Of a DNA stretch of 64,000 nucleotides, positions 9,601-16,496 are shown piece after piece (the stretch's first letter is position 1; each line of letters begins with the position of its first letter). Under the pieces are notes generated by a model, which was not told the DNA's origin, ran no database searches, and worked only from the letters and a program-made list of their open reading frames with translations. Position numbers and translations under genes: made by a program. Origin of the DNA: Candidatus Aenigmatarchaeota archaeon (GTDB lineage: Archaea > Aenigmatarchaeota > Aenigmatarchaeia > GW2011-AR5 > JACRAC01); contig JACPJV010000033.1 of assembly GCA_016187395.1 (NCBI GenBank), positions 2,151-66,150 on the forward strand, given 5' to 3'.

Positions 9601-10891
9601 GTGCAGTGTCTTGGACAGGAATGGCAATCCGGTTCTGATAGAAGGAAGAAAACTGGGAAGCCTTGGTCCCCGTGAGGTGAAGAGCATTGAGTTCAGGTTT
9701 GCTGCAAACCACAGGATAGACGATCCAAACCGCATAGCAGAAACCGTCTTCAACAGGGTTAACGTGAGCGTTGCTTATAATTATGATACTTCATCGCGCC
9801 TGCAGGTGGAAGTCGCGACAGAACAGGAAGTGCAAAGAAGGCAGCTGAATAACGAGCCTGTCTTTGTTCCTATTCCGGCAGTAGGCAAGGTAGGGCCTGC
9901 GCAGCTTTCTGTTTACGTGGGTCCTCAGCCGCTTTTGTTTGGTCAGACTGCAGAAGAAGAAACAATCCAGCAGGAAAAGCTGATTGTTGCAGCTATCTCC
10001 AATGCGCGGCCTGACGCAGAGATTGTCGTGTGGAAGGGAATCGAATGGAACATAACACTTTCAGAAGGGCTGGGCACAAACCTGCGCTGTTCAGAAGTAT
10101 CCTGCTCGATAATAGACACAAGAAAAGTCCAGTGCACGTTCAGCAGGGAAGATACGATAGCAAGCCGCAAAGCTGAACAAGAGGAAGAAGCCTTGAGAAG
10201 CGCGAGCAGAAGCGAAATATTCTTTGAAAAGGCCGGAGATGTGGTCGAATATCTGATGTATCTTGGAAACCAGCCTGAGCAGCAGACCGGCGATGTTCAT
10301 GTCATCAGGCCCTATGAATTCAAAGATTATTGGGTGCAGGTCTGTGAATTCACGCCAGATGCTGTTCTTGAAAACTCAAGGACAGGGATAATCACATCCA
10401 CGCTTGAAGACTATATTGTTCACCTGAACAAGGAAAAGAGCGTTGCAGTAGGCCCGCCTCTTGGGATAATCGGCGAGGAAGTCAAGCCAGAAGCGCCGAC
10501 ACTAGACCTGACCGTTGATATTTTGGCAACAGGGGAAAAGATGGTCAAGCTGGAGTGGACAGACAACAGCGACAATGAGAAAGGATTCAGGATATACAGG
10601 CAGAAGGAAGGCGAAGGCTACATACAGCTGCTGGAGATGCAGCCAGGCAACACCAGATTTGTAGACGATTCTTTCGCAAAAAGATTTCTGCAGGTTAAAG
10701 GGCAGCCGTACATACCTGGAACGATTCTTGCCTCGGAGTTTCCGAAAAAATACAAATACCAGGTGCGATCATTCAATTCCGCAGGCGAAGCCTCTTCCAT
10801 AGAGAAGAACATCGAAGTCATTCTTATTACGCAGAGAAATGCGCAGGGAGCGGATATAGTCCAGGATATGGACATAATAATTATTCCATGA
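6659..10891 (+). CDS. giant multidomain membrane protein: J-like domain, A/G/P-rich linker, polytopic membrane core, CARDB-like and FN3-like C-terminal domains
   Basis: ~1410-aa ORF. It contains LRRLKRDYHPDGYP (HPD at 7094-7102), a low-complexity tract at 7270-7545, and about 10 hydrophobic helices at ~8610-9380. It also has a CARDB-like PFVVFAVVENRGDQVAENVRV stretch and an FN3-like stretch (KLEWTDNSDNEKGFRIYRQ...YKYQVRSFNSAGEAS). Confidence 0.85.
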   Translation: MATTGDKDRERSRLLAELHKKFPHLKEEINKAKNAIFRAHALAKRHRKNPHRARHEIGYMVQSGLLPAQIARHFLEMLLEPWEPAGENIDVELPLKATRQAREGGGGGSRLGTSEQEIENVWNRLLPLRGEDIVKKELRRLKRDYHPDGYPNPADKIIGEIVFKEIGRIESLLKSLLWVPTVAYSKYYNFTRSPFGATEPSPEEAEEPQAAPAAAAAGAGTGGGAGAPPQPPPGPAAAGGGAGGGRRRWKWGFGRRAAAAAGAAAAGAAAGAAAGGTAGGAAGAGGAGQQAPPPGRSNFSGIVYVRSPRWATREAGKGYPEQAPAARTRRFAFGTRRLPGASVECKGRRAETNVLGQFAFYNLPPGAAEAKIKYGDYEKSFSVTLTPGENFREFVLDMSPEYAEAGLKIERSRKFMKARSKLAPRMPIAVFASRIRKALFAEGKKFYLDKKKELDSLIKQEKDDKDMLEGALDAMDAEIEGENREKFRQNREKIMSGAIGAAAGAGEEGAAVGKLLEALSKVSQNRENRAKTQRLINNVEFWQKTLLQRRKGIEGIADKFEDQVEKHLNEFMEGLVGEVAGEYGREYNPQDVENLKLWMKKYVALYSRHYTKLFKTGKGMLRFKAFAGQGFLGAGAYGMGAREMLNTIVKDWWGVWLWPLLNLFVPPLGWIVLIIWAIMKIPLASSVVVLWLQVGFLVGGTILGLASLPGYTAAATLTQLLILGFIGGVLNWILNMRTQVSVGPLFEGTPFGTILQQFSHITAGAMIFIGVGIFTMSLQLGLPGVEGIALMAGVILLFAFLLPPEYLSMLIIVFIVMAGFFPALGGAATAVYGIFVIMGMTNFYPVSGLGGMNVIALAVLVFGYFALGPYSAFVIDAMSQIKAPITFAVNQAKVAFSDVWLLLTNPTAYYQSQQFRQVRAERPISFPEGVEITRLDAVPDGTVPAGQPFVVFAVVENRGDQVAENVRVTAQCSPGTPASAKCSVLDRNGNPVLIEGRKLGSLGPREVKSIEFRFAANHRIDDPNRIAETVFNRVNVSVAYNYDTSSRLQVEVATEQEVQRRQLNNEPVFVPIPAVGKVGPAQLSVYVGPQPLLFGQTAEEETIQQEKLIVAAISNARPDAEIVVWKGIEWNITLSEGLGTNLRCSEVSCSIIDTRKVQCTFSREDTIASRKAEQEEEALRSASRSEIFFEKAGDVVEYLMYLGNQPEQQTGDVHVIRPYEFKDYWVQVCEFTPDAVLENSRTGIITSTLEDYIVHLNKEKSVAVGPPLGIIGEEVKPEAPTLDLTVDILATGEKMVKLEWTDNSDNEKGFRIYRQKEGEGYIQLLEMQPGNTRFVDDSFAKRFLQVKGQPYIPGTILASEFPKKYKYQVRSFNSAGEASSIEKNIEVILITQRNAQGADIVQDMDIIIIP
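7270..7545 (+). repeat. GC-rich low-complexity Ala/Gly/Pro-coding tract inside the giant ORF
   Basis: Runs of gcagc/gccgc/ggcgg units are open in several frames on both strands (track ORFs 7203-7574, 7219-7563, 7227-7535, 7402-7620). Confidence 0.8.
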
Positions 10892-10929
10892 CGTGAAAAA
10901 CATCAGCAGCCTTTGCATGCTAAAAACAA

Positions 10930-11067
10930 TCACAGCTTCTCCAGAATCTTCAGCATCTCTTTGTCTTCCTTCAGCAGCTGCCTTATCTGCCTCATCGCCT
11001 CTGCTCTAGGCACCTTCATAGTCTTTATGCCTTCCTCTGTCAGTACTTCTCTTATGATATATTTCAT
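10930..11067 (-). CDS. 45-aa helical ORF translationally coupled to the Doc gene (ATGA overlap)
   Basis: Hand translation gives MKYIIREVLTEEGIKTMKVPRAEAMRQIRQLLKEDKEMLKILEKL. Its ATG (11065-11067) overlaps the Doc TGA (11064-11066). It falls below the track's length cutoff. Confidence 0.4.
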   Translation of the reverse strand: MKYIIREVLTEEGIKTMKVPRAEAMRQIRQLLKEDKEMLKILEKL

Positions 11068-11378
11068 TTTTTCACCTCACGAATCCTTCCGTGTAACCAT
11101 GAAACTACTTCAGGATATTTCATATCCCCGTTTGCTATTTTCAGCGAAATATATATAAGCCCGTTATAGGGCGCTTCTATCTCAACTCCGTTCATTTTCA
11201 GGAAAAGTTTCATGGTTTCGGTCGCCGTTCTTTTGTTGCCGTCAGTGAAAACGTGATTGCGTATGATTTCGCACCAATAGATAGAGGCGATGGATGCAAC
11301 ATCCTTTTTCCTATTGCCCGTAAACCTTTTCGATTCTACTCTGGATATAATAAAATGCAGCTTGCCTTTGTCAGCCAC
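11064..11378 (-). CDS. doc: Doc/Fic-family toxin (death-on-curing)
   Basis: Fic motif HVFTDGNKRTA. The frame stays open upstream to 11474 and encodes Doc-like LLLSEEEIIEINRRQNGG, but there is no ATG/GTG/TTG before the GTG at 11378. Confidence 0.75.
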   Translation of the reverse strand: MADKGKLHFIISRVESKRFTGNRKKDVASIASIYWCEIIRNHVFTDGNKRTATETMKLFLKMNGVEIEAPYNGLIYISLKIANGDMKYPEVVSWLHGRIREVKK

Positions 11379-11486
11379 GCCTCCATTCTGCCTCCTGTTT
11401 ATCTCAATTATTTCCTCTTCTGAAAGAAGAAGTATGCCGTCGATAATATCACCTGAAAATATAGCGACCAGAAGCTAATAAAAAGG

Positions 11487-12326
11487 CTAAACCCCAATCA
11501 CCAGCCTTATGATATTCCTCAGCCCTGGCGCAAAGCCCACTATGAATACAGCAATTTTCAGAAACCCACGCAACTGTTTTTCTTCATCTTTGCGCAATTC
11601 TTTGTCAAGAACCCACAGCACAAGCGGCACGACTATGAGTTTGAGCAAAAACTGGCCTGCAGGGCCAAGAAAGCCGATCAGAAAATTGCTCAGCACGTGC
11701 TGCTCGAAGTAGCCTTGGCTTGCATAGAACTGCAAGGCGGTGAAGGTGGTAGATGCATCAAACATGTGCGTGAAAAGCAGAAGAGAATTTTCCTTTGTCA
11801 TCCACGCCAGCTGCCTTATTTTTTCCCTGTATCTGTATCCTGCGTATATCACAACGCCCCATGCAGCCGTGATGCCAGCTGCAATCAGAAGCGCCCCAGG
11901 ATTCTGGCTGCCTGCAGGAATGAGCAGCACTAGGGCAAAAAGCGCAAAGACCCAGCCAATAATCATCCAAGGCTTCCAGTATCTTTGCGCATCCTTCATC
12001 ACATACCTTGCTATGGCGAGCGCAGCGCCAAGCCCTGCTAATGCAACAAGAAAGATGACAAAATAAATTACAGGCGAGACGAGCAGATAAGTCGTGTAAA
12101 GGTTCGTGTCCTGAAGGACGCGCAGCAGGCTGCCGAAAAGGATGAAGGGGAATATGCCTAAGAAGAATTTTTTATCAATATTAATCTGCAATCTTCTCAA
12201 AAGTCTGTATATGCCAAACACCGCCAATGCAAAGACGATGGCGTATGCTGCGGTATTGACTGCATTATAACCCGTGTTCTCGATTATCGGGCGGATGAAG
12301 TAATCATTGAAGAAGTCCAGAGCCAT
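11487..12326 (-). CDS. polytopic membrane protein (DUF63-like by recollection)
   Basis: 279-aa ORF with 7-8 hydrophobic helices. The N-terminus FIRPIIENTGYNAVNTAAYA resembles the archaeal DUF63 family. Confidence 0.7.
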   Translation of the reverse strand: MALDFFNDYFIRPIIENTGYNAVNTAAYAIVFALAVFGIYRLLRRLQINIDKKFFLGIFPFILFGSLLRVLQDTNLYTTYLLVSPVIYFVIFLVALAGLGAALAIARYVMKDAQRYWKPWMIIGWVFALFALVLLIPAGSQNPGALLIAAGITAAWGVVIYAGYRYREKIRQLAWMTKENSLLLFTHMFDASTTFTALQFYASQGYFEQHVLSNFLIGFLGPAGQFLLKLIVVPLVLWVLDKELRKDEEKQLRGFLKIAVFIVGFAPGLRNIIRLVIGV

Positions 12327-12408
12327 AGCAACATATCTAGGAAAAAGCCTTATAAAAGAAACCTTTTAGACCAGAAATACTTTTAATTCACAGAACCCAA
12401 ACTATATC

Positions 12409-13761
12409 ATGCCCCTGCAGAAAGTGCTTGCAAGAATAAAGCCGTCGCAGAAAGAAATTGATGAAGTCCATAAATTCCTCGGCCGCCTTGAGGACGAAAC
12501 AAGAAAGCTGGGCTGCGAAGGCCTTGCTGCCGGAAGCATCGGCAAGCACACGTGGCTGAAAGGCGACCACGACATAGACTGGTTTTTGATGTTTCCAAAA
12601 GAAACCAGCCGCGAACTTCTTGAAAAAGAAGGTCTGGCTATCGGAAGAAAGCTCGCGAAGGCGTTGCGCGGAAAAATCCAGATAAAATACGCAGAGCATC
12701 CGTATACGAGGATATTGTTCAAAAAATATCACATCGATGTCGTTCCTTGCTACAAGATCGAGAAAGGCGAGCGTATCATAAGCGCCGTTGATAGGTCTCC
12801 TTTGCACCTTGCTTTTATAAATGAAAAAATGCCCGCAAAGGCGCAGGATGACGTGCGCCTTCTAAAACAATTCTTGAAAGGCACGCATGTGTATGGCAGC
12901 GACCTGAGGCGCAGCGGCTTTTCTGGATACATAGCAGAGCTGTTGGTAATTAAATATGGCTCTTTTGCTGATACAATCAAGAATGCGGCAAAATGGAAAC
13001 CCGGTCTTGTCATAAACATGGGAGCATCCAGGATATCGAAGTTGGAGAAAGTGCCTCTTACGATAATAGACCCGGTGGATGAGAAGCGAAATGTGGCTGC
13101 CGCCCTGAACGAAGAGAACTTTCTCCGCTTTGTGTCGGTATGCAACCAGTTTTTGAAGAAACCCTCCTTGGATCATTTCTTCCCGAAGGATCTTGCATTG
13201 AAGGGGGTGGAAATCAAAAATTTGCAGTCACGCGGCACTTACTGGTTTGCGTTTGTTGGAAAAGCGCCGGATGTCATAGATGACATCCTCTGGCCCCAGA
13301 TGCGCCGCGCCTCCGAACGCATCGGAAACCTTCTGAAGAAAAATGATTTTGAAATATACACAAAGGGCGTTTTTGCAGGCAAAAAAATGACCCTATGGTT
13401 TGAGCTGGAGGAAGGGCAGAAGCCGCATGCGGAAAAAATGACAGGCCCTCCTATATACGCGAAAAACAATTTCACGCAGTTCCTGGAAAAATATTCGGAT
13501 TCAGAGTTCGGCATAGCAGTCGAAGAAGACAAGGTAGTGGCGTATAGAAGAAGGCCGATGCAAAAGGCATCAGAAATAAAAACGATATCTAAAAAGCCGC
13601 TCGAATGGATGCAGCAGAACGGAATTCCCGGCAACATAGCGTCTTCGCTCAGGAAAGGAAGATTTACAGAGCAGAAAAAATTCTGGAGATTTGTGAGAAA
13701 AAACAAGGAACTTTCAAGATATATGAGAAGAAAATATTTTGAGACGGCTTTGTCATTATGA
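12409..13761 (+). CDS. cca: CCA-adding enzyme (archaeal class I tRNA nucleotidyltransferase)
   Basis: GSIGKHTWLKGDHDIDWFLMFP nucleotidyltransferase motif, with length and layout typical of archaeal Cca. Confidence 0.9.
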   Translation: MPLQKVLARIKPSQKEIDEVHKFLGRLEDETRKLGCEGLAAGSIGKHTWLKGDHDIDWFLMFPKETSRELLEKEGLAIGRKLAKALRGKIQIKYAEHPYTRILFKKYHIDVVPCYKIEKGERIISAVDRSPLHLAFINEKMPAKAQDDVRLLKQFLKGTHVYGSDLRRSGFSGYIAELLVIKYGSFADTIKNAAKWKPGLVINMGASRISKLEKVPLTIIDPVDEKRNVAAALNEENFLRFVSVCNQFLKKPSLDHFFPKDLALKGVEIKNLQSRGTYWFAFVGKAPDVIDDILWPQMRRASERIGNLLKKNDFEIYTKGVFAGKKMTLWFELEEGQKPHAEKMTGPPIYAKNNFTQFLEKYSDSEFGIAVEEDKVVAYRRRPMQKASEIKTISKKPLEWMQQNGIPGNIASSLRKGRFTEQKKFWRFVRKNKELSRYMRRKYFETALSL

Positions 13762-13765
13762 ATTT

Positions 13766-14125
13766 TTATTCGTCGGCATATTCATCAGACGGATCAAATC
13801 CGGGAATTGTCAGAAGCATAGCTCTGAGGGCACATCCGTCAGGCGGGATAATCTTATGCCTCTTTCTGGGAGGTACGTAAATAAAGCTGCCTTCCTCTAT
13901 TTCGAATTCCCGGCCTTCGAAAACAAATCTTCCACTGTCATAAAACCTGAAGACTTCCGTGGTCTTTTCGTGATGGTGAAGATGCGTTGGTATGGAGAAG
14001 CAGATAGCAACATATGTGACATCAAGCTCCCTCGAAAGTTCATCAGATAGCAATGGACGGATAGAAATTCCCGGAGCTACTTGAGTCATGCCGGAAGGTT
14101 CGAAGACACTCAGGTAACGGCTCAT
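13766..14125 (-). CDS. cupin-domain protein
   Basis: PTHLHHHEKTTEVF...GSFIYVPPRKRHKI matches the two cupin motifs. Confidence 0.7.
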   Translation of the reverse strand: MSRYLSVFEPSGMTQVAPGISIRPLLSDELSRELDVTYVAICFSIPTHLHHHEKTTEVFRFYDSGRFVFEGREFEIEEGSFIYVPPRKRHKIIPPDGCALRAMLLTIPGFDPSDEYADE

Positions 14126-14162
14126 GCTGCCATGAATGCAGAAATCCTTAAAAACTCGAAAC

Positions 14163-14471
14163 TCATCTCATTATTTTCGCAATCGAAGGGCTCACAATAA
14201 TCCAGTCGTCGCCTGCCCCCACGATCTCGCCTCCTATTGCCTCTGTTGTGCGCCTTATTCGCTCTACCGCGCGCTTCAGTTCATTGATGTTCTTGTCCTT
14301 CAATTCCCTCACCTTAACCAGCATGATTGCGCCCTCGCGCACCTTTCTCTGAATCCGGTCACTGTCAGCGTATTCTGAAATCTTATCGACCTGTATAGGT
14401 ATTTTATGCAGCCGCTCGTCCTCTGCCTCGATTTCCATGTATTCCCCTTCTCCAAAGATCTTCATGTGCAT
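14163..14471 (-). CDS. sepF: SepF-like cell-division protein
   Basis: ~100 aa. IQRKVREGAIMLVKVRELKDKNINELKRAVERIRRTTEAIGGEIVGAGDDWIIVSP fits the SepF/DUF552 pattern. The true start may be at 14465. Confidence 0.75.
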   Translation of the reverse strand: MHMKIFGEGEYMEIEAEDERLHKIPIQVDKISEYADSDRIQRKVREGAIMLVKVRELKDKNINELKRAVERIRRTTEAIGGEIVGAGDDWIIVSPSIAKIMR

Positions 14472-14520
14472 ATTAGGAAAACAAAATATAAATAGGCTTG
14501 AGAAATGACATGCTTCTTAT

Positions 14521-14621
14521 ATGAACCGCTGGCTAAAGCCAGTGGTTTCCTGAAGCATGGCATGCCAAAGAACTTCGGTATCTTACTCCTCACTGAAGTG
14601 AGGAGTTTGCGAAGTTCTTTG
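14521..14621 (-). repeat. S2 structured element, copy D (between UPF0147 and sepF, same strand)
   Basis: The minus strand reads, in order: outer stem 5' half aaagaacttcg; caaa; hairpin ctcctcac-ttca-gtgaggag; taagatac; outer stem 3' half cgaagttcttt; linker ggcatgccatgcttcaggaa; hairpin accactggc-ttta-gccagcggt; tcat. Confidence 0.6.
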
Positions 14622-14625
14622 TGCA

Positions 14626-14961
14626 TCATCTTCCATTCTTTATTTTGACTTCGTTGTTTATCGTTTCCAGCATCGACAAAGCATTCCATATCTGCGTCCT
14701 TGAATAAGGCGGCAGATTTATGTCGTTGGCAACCTCGTCGAGAACAGATATAGCGGAATTAACGCGAAATTCCAGCTCAAGCTTTTCATTGGAAAGAAAC
14801 TCCATGGCCTTTACAATAGAGCTCTTTACGTTCTTCGGCACCGACCTGTCGTTGCCAATCTCCTCCAGAACGTTGATTACTAAATTTACTTCCATATGAT
14901 CACCCGTTGCACTTTCAAAATCCATTTGCGTCTGAATCATATCACCCTGCTTGCTTTCCAC
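14626..14961 (-). CDS. UPF0147 family protein
   Basis: GNDRSVPKNVKSS...ANDINLPPYSRTQIWNALSMLE matches the duplicated UPF0147 motif. Confidence 0.8.
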   Translation of the reverse strand: MESKQGDMIQTQMDFESATGDHMEVNLVINVLEEIGNDRSVPKNVKSSIVKAMEFLSNEKLELEFRVNSAISVLDEVANDINLPPYSRTQIWNALSMLETINNEVKIKNGR

Positions 14962-15292
14962 TGCCAGGTTTTATCATATTCTGAAGTTCATCCTGGGATT
15001 CTTTCATCATAGCTTCAAGCCTTTTTTCTTGCTTTTCAAGCCCCTTGATTTTCATGTCTATCTGCATCACGATCTCTTCCAGCTCTTCTTTCAGTTTTTC
15101 TTTCGTGCTTTTTAAGAGAACAGGCCCGACAGACTTGAATATGTCCCCTTTTGCATTAGCCACCTCCTCCAATGCCCTTTCTATTTCAATTTTTTGCATT
15201 GACAAAGACTGCTTCTGCATGACTACATTTTGCAGATGCTGGTTCTGTTCCTGGGCCCTGCCGAGTATTTCCTGAATCTCTTCATTCGCCAT
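14942..15292 (-). CDS. pfdB: prefoldin subunit beta
   Basis: Coiled-coil/beta-hairpin layout (QKQSLSMQKIEIERALEEV...DIFKSVGPVLLKSTKEK...LEKQEKRLE). The start was chosen at MANEEIQ, preceded by gtgaggt. Confidence 0.85.
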   Translation of the reverse strand: MANEEIQEILGRAQEQNQHLQNVVMQKQSLSMQKIEIERALEEVANAKGDIFKSVGPVLLKSTKEKLKEELEEIVMQIDMKIKGLEKQEKRLEAMMKESQDELQNMIKPGSGKQAG

Positions 15293-15469
15293 CGCAATCA
15301 ACCTCACGATTGCTCGCAAGCAATCGTGCATTCACCTTACACCTCTCGTTTCGCCGCGGCGACGGAAGCAAATGACATTTTCTGCAGAAAATGTCCATTC
15401 ACTCGCTGCATTCACTTTCAACCCCACGTTTTCCCGCAGGAAAACGTGCATTCACTTACACACCCGCCG
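15293..15469 (-). repeat. leader-hairpin array L1a (between rpoP and pfdB)
   Basis: Hairpins cacgattgct-cgca-agcaatcgtg (15305-15328), gacattttc-tgca-gaaaatgtc (15374-15395) and cacgttttcc-cgca-ggaaaacgtg (15425-15448) are joined by tgcattcac/cctcac linkers. Confidence 0.75.
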
Positions 15470-15595
15470 CTACACAGCCTTGACGCGCCTTACAACTTCA
15501 GGCCTTGCCTTTACTAATATGCGAAAACCGCAGTAGCTGCAGCGCACCTTGTCTTCTATTTCAACCTCCTTCTTGCACGAAAAACATCTATACAT
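15470..15595 (-). CDS. rpoP: DNA-directed RNA polymerase subunit P (Rpo12)
   Basis: Hand translation gives MYRCFSCKKEVEIEDKVRCSYCGFRILVKARPEVVRRVKAV, a zinc ribbon of typical RpoP size. It lies between rpl37ae and pfdB, as in many archaea. Confidence 0.8.
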   Translation of the reverse strand: MYRCFSCKKEVEIEDKVRCSYCGFRILVKARPEVVRRVKAV

Positions 15596-15690
15596 CGTTG
15601 ACACACCTCACATTTCGCTGCAGCGAAATGTGCATTCACATTCGACCTCACGTTTTCCCGCAGCAAAACGTGCATTCACCTTTCACACTA
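15596..15690 (-). repeat. leader-hairpin array L1b (between rpl37ae and rpoP)
   Basis: Hairpins cacatttcgc-tgca-gcgaaatgtg (15609-15632) and cacgttttcc-cgca-gcaaaacgtg (15649-15672). On the minus strand the array ends in gtgaggtgtgtcaacg directly before the rpoP ATG. Confidence 0.75.
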
Positions 15691-15921
15691 TCAGGCTTTT
15701 GCAACCCTTCCAAAATCGTATGCGCCTGAGGCAAATTTGACGTTGCATTTTGAGCATTTCCATATGCCTGTTGATATGCGCCTTACAGATGTCCGGGAGC
15801 ATGAAGGGCATTTTTTCTCCCCGGCATACCTGCTCTCAGCTGCCAGAACAGCAGCCCTTATGCGCTTTCCATATCTTGCACCGAACCTTGCATTAACCTT
15901 CTTTTTCACCATAAGCAACAC
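15691..15921 (-). CDS. rpl37ae: 50S ribosomal protein L37Ae (eL43)
   Basis: RFGARYGKRIR...CPSC...GIWKCSKCNVKFASGAY zinc-ribbon signature. The start may be at 15912 (MVKKK). Confidence 0.9.
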   Translation of the reverse strand: MLLMVKKKVNARFGARYGKRIRAAVLAAESRYAGEKKCPSCSRTSVRRISTGIWKCSKCNVKFASGAYDFGRVAKA

Positions 15922-16040
15922 AGAATTCTAAATACTTCAACAGAATGTATATAAGGCTTTTGGAGGATTGCATCTTAAGGTATCGGACATAAAGAGCATC
16001 AAAATGGATATAAGAACTTTCCCGTTATGCTATTTTCTTT

Positions 16041-16316
16041 ATGGAACAATTGAGGTCGTATTTATCAAGAGAGGGTTGGATAGAAGACTGGAGAAAAACG
16101 CGCGAAGACGTTCGCGATGAATATCGCAGCGTCAAGAGAACATTCGGAAATGAAAACGGAAGTTGCGGCGTTATTCTTGCCGCTGCCGTTGTTGCCACGC
16201 CAGTATGCGCCTATGCAGGAAGCTATTTTGGAGAAGGGGCAGGATATGTAGTAGGTCAAATTATTGATTTTTTGCCCGGAGTTAACAGGGTAGCCCCGTG
16301 GCTGGCTGAAATCTAG
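16041..16316 (+). CDS. small hypothetical protein with a Gly/Ala-rich hydrophobic segment
   Basis: 91-aa ORF. No family recognised. Confidence 0.45.
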   Translation: MEQLRSYLSREGWIEDWRKTREDVRDEYRSVKRTFGNENGSCGVILAAAVVATPVCAYAGSYFGEGAGYVVGQIIDFLPGVNRVAPWLAEI

Positions 16317-16445
16317 CATTCCGCCAGTCTGTGACTGGTGGTAAGGCGGAATGCGGATGTAAAAAACTCCGATATGATATTTGGAGGCATCTATTTAGAT
16401 ACTTTTATCATAAGATGCCTCCGGTCTGTGACCGGAGGTTTTTCA
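16316..16445 (+). repeat. S4 four-hairpin element, copy 1
   Basis: ~130 nt running gcattccgccagtctgtgactggtggtaaggcggaatgc...ctccggtctgtgaccggaggtttttcac. It is homologous to 31129-31258(-), with compensatory changes between the copies. Confidence 0.6.
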
Positions 16446-16496
16446 CAGATGCGGAGACCTGGGGCAAGGCCTTGACAGGCATGAGTTGAACGTTGA

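Noticed and set aside
15293-15690. The hairpin arrays as a CRISPR array.
   Set aside because: The conserved parts are only ~8-10 nt linkers. The variable parts are themselves palindromes, the unit lengths are irregular, there are no cas genes, and the arrays are tied to start codons.
15230-15740. Track ORFs 15230-15517, 15505-15729 and 15549-15740 (plus 36553-36804 and 36633-37007) as possible small proteins with repeated NVHS/HVFP motifs.
   Set aside because: They are read-throughs of the leader-hairpin arrays, and the repeated peptide motifs simply mirror the conserved DNA linkers. The real genes in these intervals (rpoP and the pfdB start) are on the other strand or in another frame.
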